Origin: Balanoglossus misakiensis
Taxonomy: Eukaryota; Animalia; Hemichordata
DNA: 64,000 nucleotides
Reading direction: 5' to 3'
NCBI GenBank assembly: GCA_040954595.2
Contig: CM082577.2
Span: forward strand, 17,377,500 to 17,441,499
The notes under the pieces are model-generated. The model did no database searches. It saw only the letters and a program-made list of their open reading frames with translations, and was not told the origin of the DNA. Of this stretch, positions 25,601 through 40,600 are shown one piece after another (the stretch's first letter is position 1; each line of letters starts with the position of its first letter). A program made the position numbers and the translations under genes.

Positions 25601-28600
25601 AAACACGCGTACAGAGACCACGTTGATCAACTCACATTTCCTTCGGCCTGGCACGGCTGATGCCCCGGCACTATAGGACACAGACTGGCGTAAGTTAACA
25701 ACGGTAATCACGTCGGGTTTCCTACGGCCTGGCTCAGCTGAAGCCCCGGCACTCTAGAGCAGAAACAGGCGTACAATGACCACGTTGATCAAGTCAGATT
25801 TCCTACGGCGTGACTCGGCTTGTGCACCGGCTCTATATGACACAGACTGGCGTAAGTTATCAACGGTGATTACGTCGGATTTCCTACGGCCTGGTTTAGC
25901 TGAAGCCCCGGCACTTTAGAGCGGAAACACGCGTACATTGACCACGATGATCAAGTCAGATCTCCTACGGCCTGGCTCGACTAAAACCCCGGCACACCAT
26001 GACAGACACTAGCGTTCGTTAGCAACGGTGATCAAGTCGGATTTCCTTCGGCCTGGCTCTGCAAAAGACCCGACACTCTAGTACAAAGACGTTGGCTAAG
26101 TCGGGCAAACCGAAGAGGGAAAGTCACAGCGGGTCAACACTCGACATTTGTTCGGGTAGGACTGCATTATTGCCTGTCAATTTATAGAGAAAGCCCGAAT
26201 TTAACCAGGGCGTTTCAAGCACCGACGTTAGTTGGGGGCACGGCCTGCAGTACTGCCGGGTTAGCTTACATCGGCGTACGGCATATAATGTAGGGGGGGG
26301 GGGAACAGAACGGTTCAATACTACATTTATTAGATATCAGCTAATTTTGGACAATCATCTAAAATCTAAATCATTTTTTCATATTTGGATATCTGATGAT
26401 GTATGAAATTTCCATTATATGTAAAAATGGTGCTGATTATAAAAAATGCACTCTGAATGAGCTGATTTAATACAAAATTGCGTTTTTGCACCAAAAAGGT
26501 CATTTTTAGGCAAAACATTCTTTATTTTTTTTAATTCGGTGACCTGAACATATATAAACAATTGCTTGTATGTTCAAAGGTTTTATGACTTTTAAAAGCA
26601 GTGACACTGGCGGCATTCAACACGAAAATAACAATTTTAGCCACAATTTGGTCAAAATGGTAAATTTTTGAAAATTACAAAAAATAACTGTTTTCTACAT
26701 TTTCGGAAATCTGATGGAGTATAGAATGCTCTTCGTATGTATATATCGATACAAATTCCACAAAAGACCGTCTAATTTGGCTCACTGCAGACAAAATTGC
26801 ATTTTACCAAATTTTCCTTGAAAATGTAATTTTTAGAAAAAATAATAAAAAAACCTTTGTTCTTCGAATTTGGTGCCCTGATCATATATGACATGTTGAT
26901 TGTATGTTAAAACTTTCGACCACTCAAAAAATGCAGAGATATTGACGGAATTCAAGAAAAAATAGCCATTTTGGCCATATTTTAACAAAAATGGTAAATT
27001 TTTAAAAAATCATAAAACATTAACTCTTTTCTTCATTTTCAGAAATATTATGGAGCATGGAGTGTCGTTCTCTTGTAAAAAGTGCTGCAAATTCCAGAAA
27101 AGGCGGTATAATTTGAATCACCCAAGACAAAATTACCATTTTCGACTTTTTTTCGAAAAATTGTCTTTTTTACAAAATAAATAAGAATAAATTCTTTTCT
27201 TAGTTTCAAACGGGTAGAGATACTTTCCACACGGGTTTTCTAACATTGGATTCCCGTTCATCAACTCAGATTTCCTACAGAATAAGTCGGCTTAAACCCT
27301 GACACTCTAGAGCAGAAACAGTTGCACACTGGTAACGTTGAACAAGTCGATTTTTCTACGGCCTGGCTCGGCTAAATCTCCGTCACAATATGACAGACAC
27401 TAGCGTACGTTAGCAACGGTGATCAAGTCAGATTTTCTACGGCATGGCTTGGATAAAGCCCCGGCACTCTAGAGCAGAAACCACGCGTACAGAGACCATG
27501 TTGATCAAGTCTGATCTCCTACGGCTTGGCTCGACTAAAACCCCGGCACACTATGACAGACACTAGCGTTCGGTAGCAACGTTGATCAAGTCAGATTTCC
27601 TACGGCATAGCTTGGCTAAAGCCCAGGCACTCTAGAGCAGAAACACGCGTACAGAGACCACGTTGATCAACTCACATTTCCTTCGGCCTGGCACGGCTGA
27701 TGCCCCGGCACTATAGGACACAGACTGGCGTAAGTTAACAACGGTAATCACGTCGGGTTTCCTACGGCCTGGCTCAGCTGAAGCCCCGGCACTCTAGAGC
27801 AGAAACAGGCGTACATTGACCACGTTGATCAAGTCAGATTTCCTACGGCGTGACTCGGCTGGTGCACCGGCTCTATATGACACAGACTGGCGTAAGTTAT
27901 CAACGGTGATTACGTCGGATTTCCTACGGCCTGGTTTAGCTGAAGCCCCGGCACTTTAGAGCGGAAACACGCGTACATTGACCACGATGATCAAGTCAGA
28001 TCTCCTACGGCCTGGCTCGACTAAAACCCCGGCACACCATGACAGACACTAGCGTTCGTTAGCAACGGTGATCAAGTCGGATTTCCTTCGGCCTGGCTCT
28101 GCAAAAGACCCGACACTCTAGTACAAAGACGTTGGCTAAGTCGGGCAAACCGAAGAGGGAAAGTCACAGCGGGTCAACACTCGACATTTGTTCGGGTAGG
28201 ACTGCATTATTGCCTGTCAATTTATAGAGAAAGCCCGAATTTAACCAGGGCGTTTCAAACACCGACGTTAGTTGGGGGCACGGCCTGCAGTACTGCCGGG
28301 TTAGCTGACATCGGCGTACGGCATATAATGTAGGGGGGGGGGAACAGAACGGTTCAATACTACATTTATTACATATCAGCTAATTTTGGACAATCATCTA
28401 AAATCTAAATCATTTTTTCATATTTGGATATCTGATGATGTATGAAATTTCCATTATATGTAAAAATGGTGCTGATTATAAAACATGCACTCTGAATGAG
28501 CTGATTTAATACAAAATTGCGTTTTTGCACCAAAAAGGTCATTTTTAGGCAAAACATTCTTTATTTTTTTAATTCGGTGACCTGATCATATATAAACAAT

Positions 28601-31600
28601 TGCTTGTATGTTCAAAGGTTTTATGACTTTTAAAAGCAGTGACACTGGCGGCATTCAACACGAAAATAACAATTTTAGCCACAATTTGGTCAAAATGGTA
28701 AATTTTTGAAAATTACAAAAAATAACTGTTTTCTACATTTTCGGAAATCTGATGGAGTATAGAATGCTCTACGTATGTATATATCGATACAAATTCCACA
28801 AAAGACCGTCTAATTTGGCTCACTGAAGACAAAATTGCGTTTTACCAAATTTTCCTTGAAAATGTCATTTTTAGAAAAAATAATAAAAAAACCTTTGTTC
28901 TTCGAATTTGGTGCCCTGATCATATATGACATGTTGATTGTATGTTAAAACTTTCGACCACTCAAAAAATGCAGAGATATTGACGGAATTCAAGAAAAAA
29001 TAGCCATTTTGGCCATATTTGACAAAAATGGTAAATTTTTAAAAAATCATAAAAAATTAACTCTTTTCTTCATTTTCAGAAATATTATGGAGCATGGAGT
29101 GTCGTTCTCTTGTAAAAAGTGCTGCAAATTCCAGAAAAGGTGGTATAATTTGAATCACCCAAGACAAAATTACCATTTTCGACTTTTTTTCGAAAAATTG
29201 TCTTTTTTACAAAATAAATAAGAATAAATTCTTTTCTTAGTTTCAAACGGGTAGAGATACTTTCCACACGGGTTTTCTAACATTGGATTCCCGTTCATCA
29301 ACTCAGATTTCCTACAGCATAAGTCGGCTTAAACCCTGACACTCTAGAGCAGAAACAGTTGCACACTGGTAACGTTGAACAAGTCGATTTTTCTACGGCC
29401 TGGCTCGGCTAAATCTCCGTCACAATATGACAGACACTAGCGTACGTTAGCAACGGTGATCAAGTCAGATTTTCTACGGCATGGCTTGGATAAAGCCCCG
29501 GCACTCTAGAGCAGAAACACGCGTACAGAGACCATGTTGATCAAGTCTGATCTCCTACGGCTTGGCTCGACTAAAACCCCGGCACACTATGACAGACACT
29601 AGCGTTCGGTAGCAACGTTGATCAAGTCAGATTTCCTACGGCATAGCTTGGCTAAAGCCCAGGCACTCTAGAGCAGAAACACGCGTACAGAGACCACGTT
29701 GATCAACTCACATTTCCTACGGCCTGGCTCAGCTGAAGCCCCGGCACTCTAGAGCAGAAACAGGCGTACATTGACCACGTTGATCAAGTCAGATTTCCTA
29801 CGGCGTGACTCGGCTGGTGCACCGGCTCTATATGACACAGACTGGCGTAAGTTATCAACGGTGATTACGTCGGATTTCCTACGGCCTGGTTTAGCTGAAG
29901 CCCCGGCACTTTAGAGCGGAAAACACGCGTACATTGACCACGATGATCAAGTCAGATCTCCTACGGCCTGGCTCGACTATAACCCCGGCACACCATGACA
30001 GACACTAGCGTTCGTTAGCAAAGGTGATCAAGTCGGATTTCCTTCGGCCTGGCTCTGCAAAAGACCCGACACTCTAGTACAAAGACGTTGGCTAAGTCGG
30101 GCAAACCGAAGAGGGAAAGTCACAGCGGGTCAACACTCGACATTTGTTCGGGTAGGACTGCATTATTGCCTGTCAATTTATAGAGAAAGCCCGAATTTAA
30201 CCAGGGCGTTTCAAACACCGACGTTAGTTGGGGGCACGGCCTGCAGTACTGCCGGGTTAGCTTACATCGGCGTACGGCATATAATGTAGGGGGGGGGGGG
30301 GACAGAACGGTTCAATACTACATTTATTAGATATCAGCTAATTTTGGACAATCATCTAAAATCTAAATCATTTTTTCATATTTGGATATCTGATGATGTA
30401 TGAAATTTCCATTATATGTAAAAATGGTGCTGATTATAAAAAATGCACTCTGAATGAGCTGATTTAATACAAAATTGCGTTTTTGCACCAAAAAGGTCAT
30501 TTTTAGGCAAAACATTCTTTATTTTTTTTAATTCGGTGACCTGAACATATATAAACAATTGCTTGTATGTTCAAAGGTTTTATGACTTTTAAAAGCAGTG
30601 ACACTGGCGGCATTCATCACGAAAATAACAATTTTAGCCACAATTTGGTCAAAATGGTAATTTTTTGAAAATTACAAAAAATAACTATTTTCTACATTTT
30701 CGGAAATCTGATGGAGTATAGAATGCTCTTCGTATGTATATATCGATACAAATTCCACAAAAGACCGTCTAATTTGGCTCACTGCAGACAAAATTGCATT
30801 TTACCAAATTTTCCTTGAAAATGTAATTTTTAGAAAAAATAATAAAAAAACCTTTGTTCTTCGAATTTGGTGCCCTGATCATATATGACATGTTGATTGT
30901 ATGTTAAAACTTTCGACCACTCAAAAAATGCAGAGATATTGACGGAATTCAAGAAAAAATAGCCATTTTGGCCATATTTTAACAAAAATGGTAAATTTTT
31001 AAAAAATCATAAAAAATTAACTCTTTTCTTCATTTTCAGAAATATTATGGAGCATGGAGTGTCGTTCTCTTGTAAAAAGTGCTGCAAATTCCAGAAAAGG
31101 CGGTATAATTTGAATCACCCAAGACAAAATTACCATTTTCGACTTTTTTTCGAAAAATTGTCTTTTTTACAAAATAAATAAGAATAAATTCTTTTCTTAG
31201 TTTCAAACGGGTAGAGATACTTTCCACACGGGTTTTCTAACATTGGATTCCCGTTCATCAACTCAGATTTCCTACAGAATAAGTCGGCTTAAACCCTGAC
31301 ACTCTAGAGCAGAAACAGTTGCACACTGGTAACGTTGAACAAGTCGATTTTTCTACGGCCTGGCTCGGCTAAATCTCCGTCACAATATGACAGACACTAG
31401 CGTACGTTAGCAACGGTGATCAAGTCAGATTTTCTACGGCATGGCTTGGATAAAGCCCCGGCACTCTAGAGCAGAAACACGCGTACAGAGACCATGTTGA
31501 TCAAGTCTGATCTCCTACGGCTTGGCTCGACTAAAACCCCGGCACACTATGACAGACACTAGCGTTCGGTAGCAACGTTGATCAAGTCAGATTTCCTACG

Positions 31601-34600
31601 GCATAGCTTGGCTAAAGCCCAGGCACTCTAGAGCAGAAACACGCGTACAGAGACCACGTTGATCAACTCACATTTCCTTCGGCCTGGCACGGCTGATGCC
31701 CCGGCACTATAGGACACAGACTCGCGTAAGTTAACTACGGTAATCACGTCGGGTTTCCTACGGCCTGGCTCAGCTGAAGCCCCGGCACTCTAGAGCAGAA
31801 ACAGGCGTACATTGACCACGTTGATCAAGTCAGATTTCCTACGGCGTGACTCGGCTGGTGCACCGGCTCTATATGACACAGACTGGCGTAAGTTATCAAC
31901 GGTGATTACGTCGGATTTCCTACGGCCTGGTTTAGCTGAAGCCCCGGCACTTTAGAGCGGAAACACGCGTACATTGACCACGATGATCAAGTCAGATCTC
32001 CTACGGCCTGGCTCGACTAAAACCCCGGCACACCATGACAGACACTAGCGTTCGTTAGCAACGGTGATCAAGTCGGATTTCCTTCGGCCTGGCTCTGCAA
32101 AAGACCCGACACTCTAGTACAAAGACGTTGGCTAAGTCGGGCAAACCGAAGAGGGAAAGTCACAGCGGGTCAACACTCGACATTTGTTCGGGTAGGACTG
32201 CATTATTGCCTGTCAATTTATAGAGAAAGCCCGAATTTAACCAGGGCGTTTCAAACACCGACGTTAGTTGGGGGCACGGCCTGCAGTACTGCCGGGTTAG
32301 CTGACATCGGCGTACGGCATATAATGTAGGGGGGGGGGGGAACAGAACGGTTCAATACTACATTTATTACATATCAGCTAATTTTGGACAATCATCTAAA
32401 ATCTAAATCATTTTTTCATATTTGGATATCTGATGATGTATGAAATTTCCATTATATGTAAAAATGGTGCTGATTATAAAACATGCACTCTGAATGAGCT
32501 GATTTAATACAAAATTGCGTTTTTGCACCAAAAAGGCCATTTTTAGGCAAAACATTCTTTATTTTTTTAATTCGGTGACCTGATCATATATAAACAATTG
32601 CTTGTATGTTCAAAGGTTTTATGACTTTTAAAAGCAGTGACACTGGCGGCATTCAACACGAAAATAACAATTTTAGCCACAATTTGGTCAAAATGGTAAT
32701 TTTTTGAAAATTACAAAAAATAACTGTTTTCTACATTTTCGGAAATCTGATGGAGTATAGAATGCTCTTCGTATGTATATATCGATACAAATTCCACAAA
32801 AGACCGTCTAATTTGGCTCACTGCAGACAAAATTGCGTTTTACCAAATTTTCCTTGAAAATGTCATTTTTAGAAAAAATAATAAAAAAACCTTTGTTCTT
32901 CGAATTTGGTGCCCTGATCATATATGACATGTTGATTGTATGTTAAAACTTTCGACCACTCAAAAAATGCAGAGATATTGACGGAATTCAAGAAAAAATA
33001 GCCATTTTGGCCATATTTTGACAAAAATTGTAAATTTTTAAAAAATCATAAAAAATTAACTCTTTTCTTCATTTTCAGAAAATATTATGGAGCATGGAGT
33101 GTCGTTCTCTTGTTAAAAGTGCTGCAAATTCCAGAAAAGGCGGTATAATTTGAATCACCCAAGACAAAATTACCATTTTCGACTTTTTTTTCGGAAAATT
33201 GTCTTTTTTTACAAAATAAATAAGAATAAATTCTTTTCTTAGTTTCAAACGGGTAGAGAAACTTTCCACACGGGTTTTCTAACATTGAATTACCGTTCAT
33301 CAACTCAGATTTCCTACAGCATAAGTCGGCTTAAACCCTGACACTCTAGAGCAGAAACAGTTGCACACTGGTAACGTTGAACAAGTCGATTTTTCTATGG
33401 CCTGGCTCGGCTAAATCTCCGTCACAATATGACAGACACTAGCGTACGTTAGCAACGGTGATCAAGTCAGATTTTCTACGGCATGGCTTGGATAAAGCCC
33501 CGGCACTCTAGAGCAGAAACACGCGTACAGAGACCATGTTGATCAAGTCTGATCTCCTACGGCTTGGCTCGACTAAAACCCCGGCACACTATGACAGACA
33601 CTAGCGTTCGGTAGCAACGTTGATCAAGTCAGATTTCCTACGGCATAGCTTGGCTAAAGCCCAGGCACTCTAGAGCAGAAACACGCGTACAGAGACCACG
33701 TTGATCAACTCACATTTCCTTAGGCCTGGCACGGCTGATGCCCCGGCACTATAGGACACAGACTGGCGTAAGTTAACAACGGTAATCACGTCGGGTTTCC
33801 TACGGCCTGGCTCAGCTGAAGCCCCGGCACTCTAGAGCAGAAACAGGCGTACATTGACCACGTTGATCAAGTCAGATTTCCTACGGCGTGACTCGGCTGG
33901 TGCACCGGCTCTATATGACACAGACTGGCGTAAGTTATCAACGGTGATTACGTCGGATTTCCTACGGCCTGGTTTAGCTGAAGCCCCGGCACTTTAGAGC
34001 GGAAACACGCGTACATTGACCACGATGATCAAGTCAGATCTCCTACGGCCTGGCTCGACTAAAACCCCGGCACACCATGACAGACACTAGCGTTCGTTAG
34101 CAACGGTGATCAAGTCGGATTTCCTTCGGCCTGGCTCTGCAAAAAACCCGACACTCTAGTACAAAGACGTTGGCTAAGTCGGGCAAACCGAAGAGGGAAA
34201 GTCACAGCGGGTCAACACTCGACATTTGTTCGGGTAGGACTGCATTATTGCCTGTCAATTTATAGAGAAAGCCCGAATTTAACCAGGGCGTTTCAAACAC
34301 CGACGTTAGTTGGGGGCACGGCCTGCAGTACTGCCGGGTTAGCTGACATCGGCGTACGGCATATAATGTAGGGGGGGGGGGAACAGAACGGTTCAATACT
34401 ACATTTATTACATATCAGCTAATTTTGGACAATCATCTAAAATCTAAATCATTTTTTCATATTTGGATATCTGATGATGTATGAAATTTCCATTATATGT
34501 AAAAATGGTGCTGATTATAAAACATGCACTCTGAATGAGCTGATTTAATACAAAATTGCGTTTTTGCACCAAAAAGGTCATTTTTAGGCAAAACATTCTT

Positions 34601-37600
34601 TATTTTTTTAATTCGGTGACCTGATCATATATAAACAATTGCTTGTATGTTCAAAGGTTTTATGACTTTTAAAAGCAGTGACACTGGCGGCATTCAACAC
34701 GAAAATAACAATTTTAGCCACAATTTGGTCAAAATGGTAAATTTTTGAAAATTACAAAAAATAACTGTTTTCTACATTTTCGGAAATCTGATGGAGTATA
34801 GAATGCTCTTCGTATGTATATATCGATACAAATTCCACAAAAGACCGTCTAATTTGGCTCACTGCAGACAAAATTGCATTTTACCAAATTTTCCTTGAAA
34901 ATGTAATTTTTAGAAAAAATAATAAAAAAACCTTTGTTCTTCGAATTTGGTGCCCTGATCATATATGACATGTTGATTGTATGTTAAAACTTTCGACCAC
35001 TCAAAAAATGCAGAGATATTGACGGAATTCAAGAAAAAATAGCCATTTTGGCCATATTTTAACAAAAATGGTAAATTTTTAAAAAATCATAAAAAATTAA
35101 CTCTTTTCTTCATTTTCAGAAATATTATGGAGCATGGAGTGTCGTTCTCTTGTAAAAAGTGCTGCAAATTCCAGAAAAGGCGGTATAATTTGAATCACCC
35201 AAGACAAAATTACCATTTTCGACTTTTTTTCGAAAAATTGTCTTTTTTACAAAATAAATAAGAATAAATTCTTTTCTTAGTTTCAAACGGGTAGAGATAC
35301 TTTCCACACGGGTTTTCTAACAATGGATTCCCGTTCATCAACTCAGATTTCCTACAGAATAAGTCGGCTTAAACCCTGACACTCTAGAGCAGAAACAGTT
35401 GCACACTGGTAACGTTGAACAAGTCGATTTTTCTACGGCCTGGCTCGGCTAAATCTCCGTCACAATATGACAGACACTAGCGTACGTTAGCAACGGTGAT
35501 CAAGTCAGATTTTCTACGGCATGGCTTGGATAAAGCCCCGGCACTCTAGAGCAGAAACACGCGTACAGAGACCATGTTGATCAAGTCTGATCTCCTACGG
35601 CTTGGCTCGACTAAAACCCCGGCACACTATGACAGACACTAGCGTTCGGTAGCAACGTTGATCAAGTCAGATTTCCTACGGCATAGCTTGGCTAAAGCCC
35701 AGGCACTCTAGAGCAGAAACACGCGTACAGAGACCACGTTGATCAACTCACATTTCCTTCGGCCTGGCACGGCTGATGCCCCGGCACTATAGGACACAGA
35801 CTCGCGTAAGTTAACTACGGTAATCACGTCGGGTTTCCTACGGCCTGGCTCAGCTGAAGCCCCGGCACTCTAGAGCAGAAACAGGCGTACAATGACCACG
35901 TTGATCAAGTCAGATTTCCTACGGCGTGACTCGGCTGGTGCACCGGCTCTATATGACACAGACTGGCGTAAGTTATCAACGGTGATTACGTCGGATTTCC
36001 TACGGCCTGGTTTAGCTGAAGCCCCGGCACTTTAGAGCGGAAACACGCGTACATTGACCACGATGATCAAGTCAGATCTCCTACGGCCTGGCTCGACTAA
36101 AACCCCGGCACACCATGACAGACACTAGCGTTCGTTAGCAACGGTGATCAAGTCGGATTTCCTTCGGCCTGGCTCTGCAAAAGACCCGACACTCTAGTAC
36201 AAAGACGGTGGCTAAGTCGGGCAAACCGAAGAGGGAAAGTCACAGCGGGTCAACACTCGACATTTGTTCGGGTAGGACTGCATTATTGCCTGTCAATTTA
36301 TAGAGAAAGCCCGAATTTAACCAGGGCGTTTCAAACACCGACGTTAGTTGGGGGCACGGCCTGCAGTACTGCCGGGTAAGCTGACATCGGCGTACCGCAT
36401 ATAATGTAGGGGGGGGGGGAACAGAACGGTTCAATACTACATTTATTAGATATCAGCTAATTTTGGACAATCATCTAAAATCTAAATCATTTTTTCATAT
36501 TTGGATATCTGATGATGTATGAAATTTCCATTATATGTAAAAATGGTGCTGATTATAAAAAATGCACTCTGAATGAGCTGATTTAATACAAAATTGCGTT
36601 TTTGCACCAAAAAGGTCATTTTTAGGCAAAACATTCTTTATTTTTTTAATTCGGTGACCTGATCATATATAACCAATTGCTTGTATGTTCAAAGTTTTTA
36701 TGACTTTTAAAAGCAGTGACACTGGCGGCATTCAACACGAAAATAACAATTTTAGCCACAATTTGGTCAAAATGGTAATTTTTTGAAAATTACAAAAAAT
36801 AACTGTTTTCTACATTTTCGGAAATCTGATGGAGTATAGAATGCTCTTCGTATGTATATATCGATACAAATTCCACAAAAGACCGTCTAATTTGGCTCAC
36901 TGCAGACAAAATTGCGTTTTACCAAATTTTCCTTGAAAATGTCATTTTTAGAAAAAAAAAAAAAAACTTTGTTCTTCGAATTTGGTGCCCTGATCATATA
37001 TGACATGTTGGTTGTATGTTAAAACTTTCGACCACTCAAAAAATGCAGAGATATTGACGGAATTCAAGAAAAAATAGCCATTTTGGCCATATTTTGACAA
37101 AAATGGTAAATTTTTAAAAAAAATCATAAAAAATTAACTCTTTTCTTCATTTTCAGAAATATTATGGAGCATGAAGTGTCGTTCTCTTGTAAAAAGTGCT
37201 GCAAATTCCAGAAAAGGCGGTAAAATTTGAATCACCCAAGACAAAATTACCATTTTCGACTTTTTTGCGAAAAATTGTCTTTTTTACAAAATAAATAAGA
37301 ATACATTCTTTTCTTAGTTTCAAACGGGTAGAGATACTTTCCACACGGGTTTTCTAACATTGGATTCCCGTTCATCAACTCAGATTTCCTACAGCATAAG
37401 TCGGCTTAAACCCTGACACTCTAGAGCAGAAACAGTTGCACACTGGTAACGTTGAACAAGTCGATTTTTCTACGGCCTGGCTCGGCTAAATCTCCGTCAC
37501 AATATGACAGACACTAGCGTACGTTAGCAACGGTGATCAAGTCAGATTTTCTACGGCATGGCTTGGATAAAGCCCCGGCACTCTAGAGCAGAAACACGCG

Positions 37601-40600
37601 TACAGAGACCATGTTGATCAAGTCTGATCTCCTACGGCTTGGCTCGACTAAAACCCCGGCACACTATGACAGACACTAGCGTTCGGTAGCAACGTTGATC
37701 AAGTCAGATTTCCTACGGCATAGCTTGGCTAAAGCCCAGGCACTCTAGAGCAGAAACACGCGTACAGAGACCACGTTGATCAACTCACATTTCCTTCGGC
37801 CTGGCACGGCTGATGCCCCGGCACTATAGGACACAGACTGGCGTAAGTTAACAACGGTAATCACGTCGGGTTTCCTACGGCCTGGCTCAGCTGAAGCCCC
37901 GGCACTCTAGAGCAGAAACAGGCGTACATTGACTACGTTGATCAAGTCAGATTTCCTACGGCGTGACTCGGCTGGTGCACCGGCTCTATATGACACAGAC
38001 TGGCGTAAGTTATCAACGGTGATTACGTCGGATTTCCTACGGCCTGGATTAGCTGAAGCCCCGGCACTTTAGAGCGGAAACACGCGTACATTGACCACGA
38101 TGATCACGTCAGATCTCCTACGGCCTGGCTCGACTAAAACCCCGGCACACCATGACAGACACTAGCGTTCGTTAGCAACGGTGATCAAGTCGGATTTCCT
38201 TCGGCCTGGCTCTGCAAAAGACCCGACACTCTAGTACAAAGACGTTGGCTAAGTCGGGCAAACCGAAGAGGGAAAGTCACAGCGGGTCAACACTCGACAT
38301 TTGTTCGGGTAGGACTGCATTATCGCCTGTCAATTTATAGAGAAAGCCCGAATTTAACCAGGGCGTTACAAACACCGACGTTAGTTGGGGGCACGGCCTG
38401 CAGTACTGCCGGGTAAGCTGACATCGGCGTACGGCATATAATGTAGGGGGGGGGACAGAACGGTTCAATACTACATTTATTAGATATCAGCTAATTTTGG
38501 ACAATCATTTAAAATCTAAATCATTTTTTCATATTTGGATATCTGATGATGTATGAAATTTCCATTATATGTAAAAATGGTGCTGATTATAAAAAATGCA
38601 CTCTGAATGAGCTGATTTAATACAAAATTGCGTTTTTGCACCAAAAAGGTCATTTTTAGGCAAAACATTCTTTATTTTTTTTAATTCGGTGACCTGATCA
38701 TATATAAACAATTGCTTGTATGTTCAAAGTTTTTATGACTTTTAAAAGCAGTGACACTGGCGGCATTCAACACGAAAATAACAATTTTAGCCACAATTTG
38801 GTCAAAATGGTAAATTTTTGAAAATTACAAATAATAACTGTTTTCTACATTTTCGGAAATCTGATGGAGTATAGAATGCTCTTCGTATGTATATATCAAT
38901 ACAAATTCCACAAAAGACCGTCTAATTTGGCTCACTGCAGACAAAATTGCATTTTACCAAATTTTCTTTGAAAATGTCATTTTTTTAAAAAATAATAAAA
39001 AAACCTTTGTTCTTCGAATTTGGTGCCCTGATCATATATGACATGTTGATTGTATGTTAAAACTTTCGACCACTCAAAAAAGGCAGAGATATTGACGGAA
39101 TTCAAGAAAAAATAGCCATTTTGGCCATATTTTAACAAAAATGGTAAATTTTTAAAAAAATCATAAAAAATTAACTCTTTTCTTCATTTTCAGAAATATT
39201 ATGGAGCATGGAGTGTCGTTCTCTTGTAAAAAGTGCTGCAAATTCCAGAAAAGGCGGTATAATTTGAATCACCCAAGACAGAATTACCATTTTCGACTTT
39301 TTTTTTCGAAAAATTGTCTTTTTTACAAAATAAATAAGAATAAATTCTTTTCTTAGTTTCAAACGGGTAGAGATACTTTCCACACGGGTTTTCTAACATT
39401 GGATTCCCGTTCATCAACTCAGATTTCCTACAGCATAAGTCGGCTTAAACCCTGACACTCTAGAGCAGAAACAGTTGCACACTGGTAACGTTGAACAAGT
39501 CGATTTTTCTACGGCCTGGCTCGGCTAAATCTCCGTCACAATATGACAGACACTAGCGTACGTTAGCAACGGTGATCAAGTCAGATTTTCTACGGCATGG
39601 CTTGGATAAAGCCCCGGCACTCTAGAGCAGAAACACGCGTACAGAGACCATGTTGATCAAGTCTGATCTCCTACGGCTTGGCTCGACTAAAACCCCGGCA
39701 CACTATGACAGACACTAGCGTTCGGTAGCAACGTTGATCAAGTCAGATTTCCTACGGCATAGCTTGGCTAAAGCCCAGGCACTCTAGAGCAGAAACACGC
39801 GTACAGAGACCACGTTGATCAACTCACATTTCCTTCGGCCTGGCACGGCTGATGCCCCGGCACTATAGGACACAGACTGGCGTAAGTTAACAACGGTAAT
39901 CACGTCGGGTTTCCTACGGCCTGGCTCAGCTGAAGCCCCGGCACTCTAGAGCAGAAACAGGCGTACATTGACCACGTTGATCAAGTCAGATTTCCTACGG
40001 CGTGACTCGGCTGGTGCACCGGCTCTATATGACACAGACTGGCGTAAGTTATCAACGGTGATTACGTCGGATTTCCTACGGCCTGGTTTAGCTGAAGCCC
40101 CGGCACTTTAGAGCGGAAACACGCGTACATTGACCACGATGATCAAGTCAGATCTCCTACGGCCTGGCTCGACTAAAACCCCGGCACACCATGACAGACA
40201 CTAGCGTTCGTTAGCAACGGTGATCAAGTCGGATTTCCTTCGGCCTGGCTCTGCAAAAGACCCGACACTCTAGTACAAAGACGTTGGCTAAGTCGGGCAA
40301 ACCGAAGAGGGAAAGTCACAGCGGGTCAACACTCGACATTTGTTCGGGTAGGACTGCATTATTGCCTGTCAATTTATAGAGAAAGCCCGAATTTAACCAG
40401 GGCGTTTCAAACACCGACGTTAGTTGGGGGCACGGCCTGCAGTACTGCCGGGTAAGCTGACATCGGCGTACCGCATATAATGTAGGGGGGGGGGGGAAAC
40501 AGAACGGTTTAATACTATATTTATTACATATCAGCTAATTTTGGACAATCATCTAAAATCTAAATCATTTTTTCATATTTGGATATCTGATGATGTATGA

